From: an uncultured Acidimicrobiia bacterium
GTDB lineage: Bacteria; Actinomycetota; Acidimicrobiia; Spongiisociales; UBA11373
NCBI GenBank assembly: GCA_964633975.1
Contig: CAZWKX010000005.1
Span: forward strand, 2,815 to 66,814
Reading direction: 5' to 3'
DNA length: 64,000 nt
A model generated the notes under the pieces. It did not search any database. It saw nothing but the letters and a program-made list of their open reading frames with translations, and was not told where the DNA came from. Shown here one piece after another: positions 63,264-64,000 of this stretch. How positions within the stretch are numbered: the first letter of the stretch is position 1; the number at the start of each line of letters is the position of its first letter. The position numbers were made by a program, and so were the translations under genes.

Positions 63264-63865
63264 TACGACCCTTCCGACGCCAGGAGCCGCCGGAGCAGCT
63301 CCGTCTCTCGCTCCATAACCTCTAGCCCTTTCTTCAGACGCCGCGAGGCGTCTCCTGCCTCAAGAAGCTCTTGAAGCTCGGGCCAACTGATCTGCAAATG
63401 AGAGGCTACCTCATGTGATGCAACCACCGGGTCCTTGCTGAGCCGCCGGTACACGTCGCCACCGAAACCTGCTTCCGCTCTGACGGCCATGTACCGCGAC
63501 AGTGCTCTCTCGACGGCATCGAGGGCCACCGGGACACCGGGGCCAACTTCGTCGACTTCGATGACCTCCGCCCGCGTCTCGCCACCCGCCGATGCCCCCG
63601 GCGGGACCCGCACCAGATGCTGTCCGTGCAGCCGAATCATGGCGTCGCCGCCATCGAGGGCCCTCACTCCCAAGACGCGAGCCAGCGTGCCCACCTCATG
63701 GGGTGAAGGGTCCTCCGAGCGCAGAATCACCACCATCGAGAGTCCCGGCCGGAGGTCACCACGCGACCTACGCAGCGACATTCGGGTGCCGGGCACCAGC
63801 ACCCGGGCGATCGGCACGATGAGAAGCTCGGCAGCCACGGTCATGCCATCGTACGGACTCCGCAC
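63263..63865 (-). CDS. LON substrate-binding (N-terminal) domain-only protein
   Basis: LON-N domain signature (…ELLIVPIARVLVPGTRMSL…), no AAA or protease domain; true start probably M8 (63844). Confidence 0.65.
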   Translation of the reverse strand: MRSPYDGMTVAAELLIVPIARVLVPGTRMSLRRSRGDLRPGLSMVVILRSEDPSPHEVGTLARVLGVRALDGGDAMIRLHGQHLVRVPPGASAGGETRAEVIEVDEVGPGVPVALDAVERALSRYMAVRAEAGFGGDVYRRLSKDPVVASHEVASHLQISWPELQELLEAGDASRRLKKGLEVMERETELLRRLLASEGS

Positions 63866-63910
63866 GGTGCTGCATGGCAGCCGCTTGCGGCTTCGGTATG
63901 CTCGCCGCGC

Positions 63911-64000
63911 ATGACCTCGCCGCGCCGGGTGCGCAAGAACACCGTTCTGATCCTCGCCGGACAGGCGGTGACACTTCTGGGCGACTACGTCGCGCTCCTG
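63911..64000 (+). CDS. putative MFS-type transporter, N-terminal 30 codons (truncated by window end)
   Basis: MTSPRRVRKNTVLILAGQAVTLLGDYVALL resembles an MFS TM1 start. Confidence 0.3.
   Translation, partial: MTSPRRVRKNTVLILAGQAVTLLGDYVALL

Overview
High-GC (~68-70%) actinobacterial chromosomal window, densely coding and with no CRISPR, IS or prophage signal. It is mostly conserved core neighbourhoods, recognisable by synteny with Mycobacterium tuberculosis. These are aceE and an ATP-dependent DNA ligase; the glycine cleavage operon gcvT-gcvPA-gcvPB with ppgK appended; the block gcvH-garA-MerR-bifunctional nuclease-FtsR-like MerR; der/ispH/cmk/aroA/rluB/scpB/scpA; xerD-NUDIX-pyrG-recN-nadK-tlyA; and helY-tatC-tatA-pafCBA-prcAB-pup-dop-mpa-trmI. 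One tRNA-Pro(GGG) is present. The most accessory-looking content is a five-gene minus-strand locus at 10071-13668. It encodes an excisionase-type HTH regulator with a sensory domain, an SQR-like flavoprotein, a DUF1641 protein, a TusE/DsrC-family protein and a DsrE/DrsE-like protein. It sits behind an AT-rich palindromic leader, next to msrA. Other observations: a decayed GH94 cellobiose-phosphorylase remnant between garA and gcvH; three genes whose conserved N-termini lack any canonical start codon (tlyA, rluB, a hypothetical after the ftsR-like gene); an orphan sugar-binding protein followed by 660 bp of non-coding DNA; a PAPS-type sulfotransferase; a DUF2007 gene embedded antisense in the Pup-proteasome cluster; and a tightly coupled LON-domain/holin-like/DUF3618-like trio. 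The ORF track reports the longest ORF and often translates a GTG/TTG start as M. Several starts were therefore re-placed by homology and RBS inspection, and the many Arg/Pro-rich ORFs antisense to real genes were ignored.
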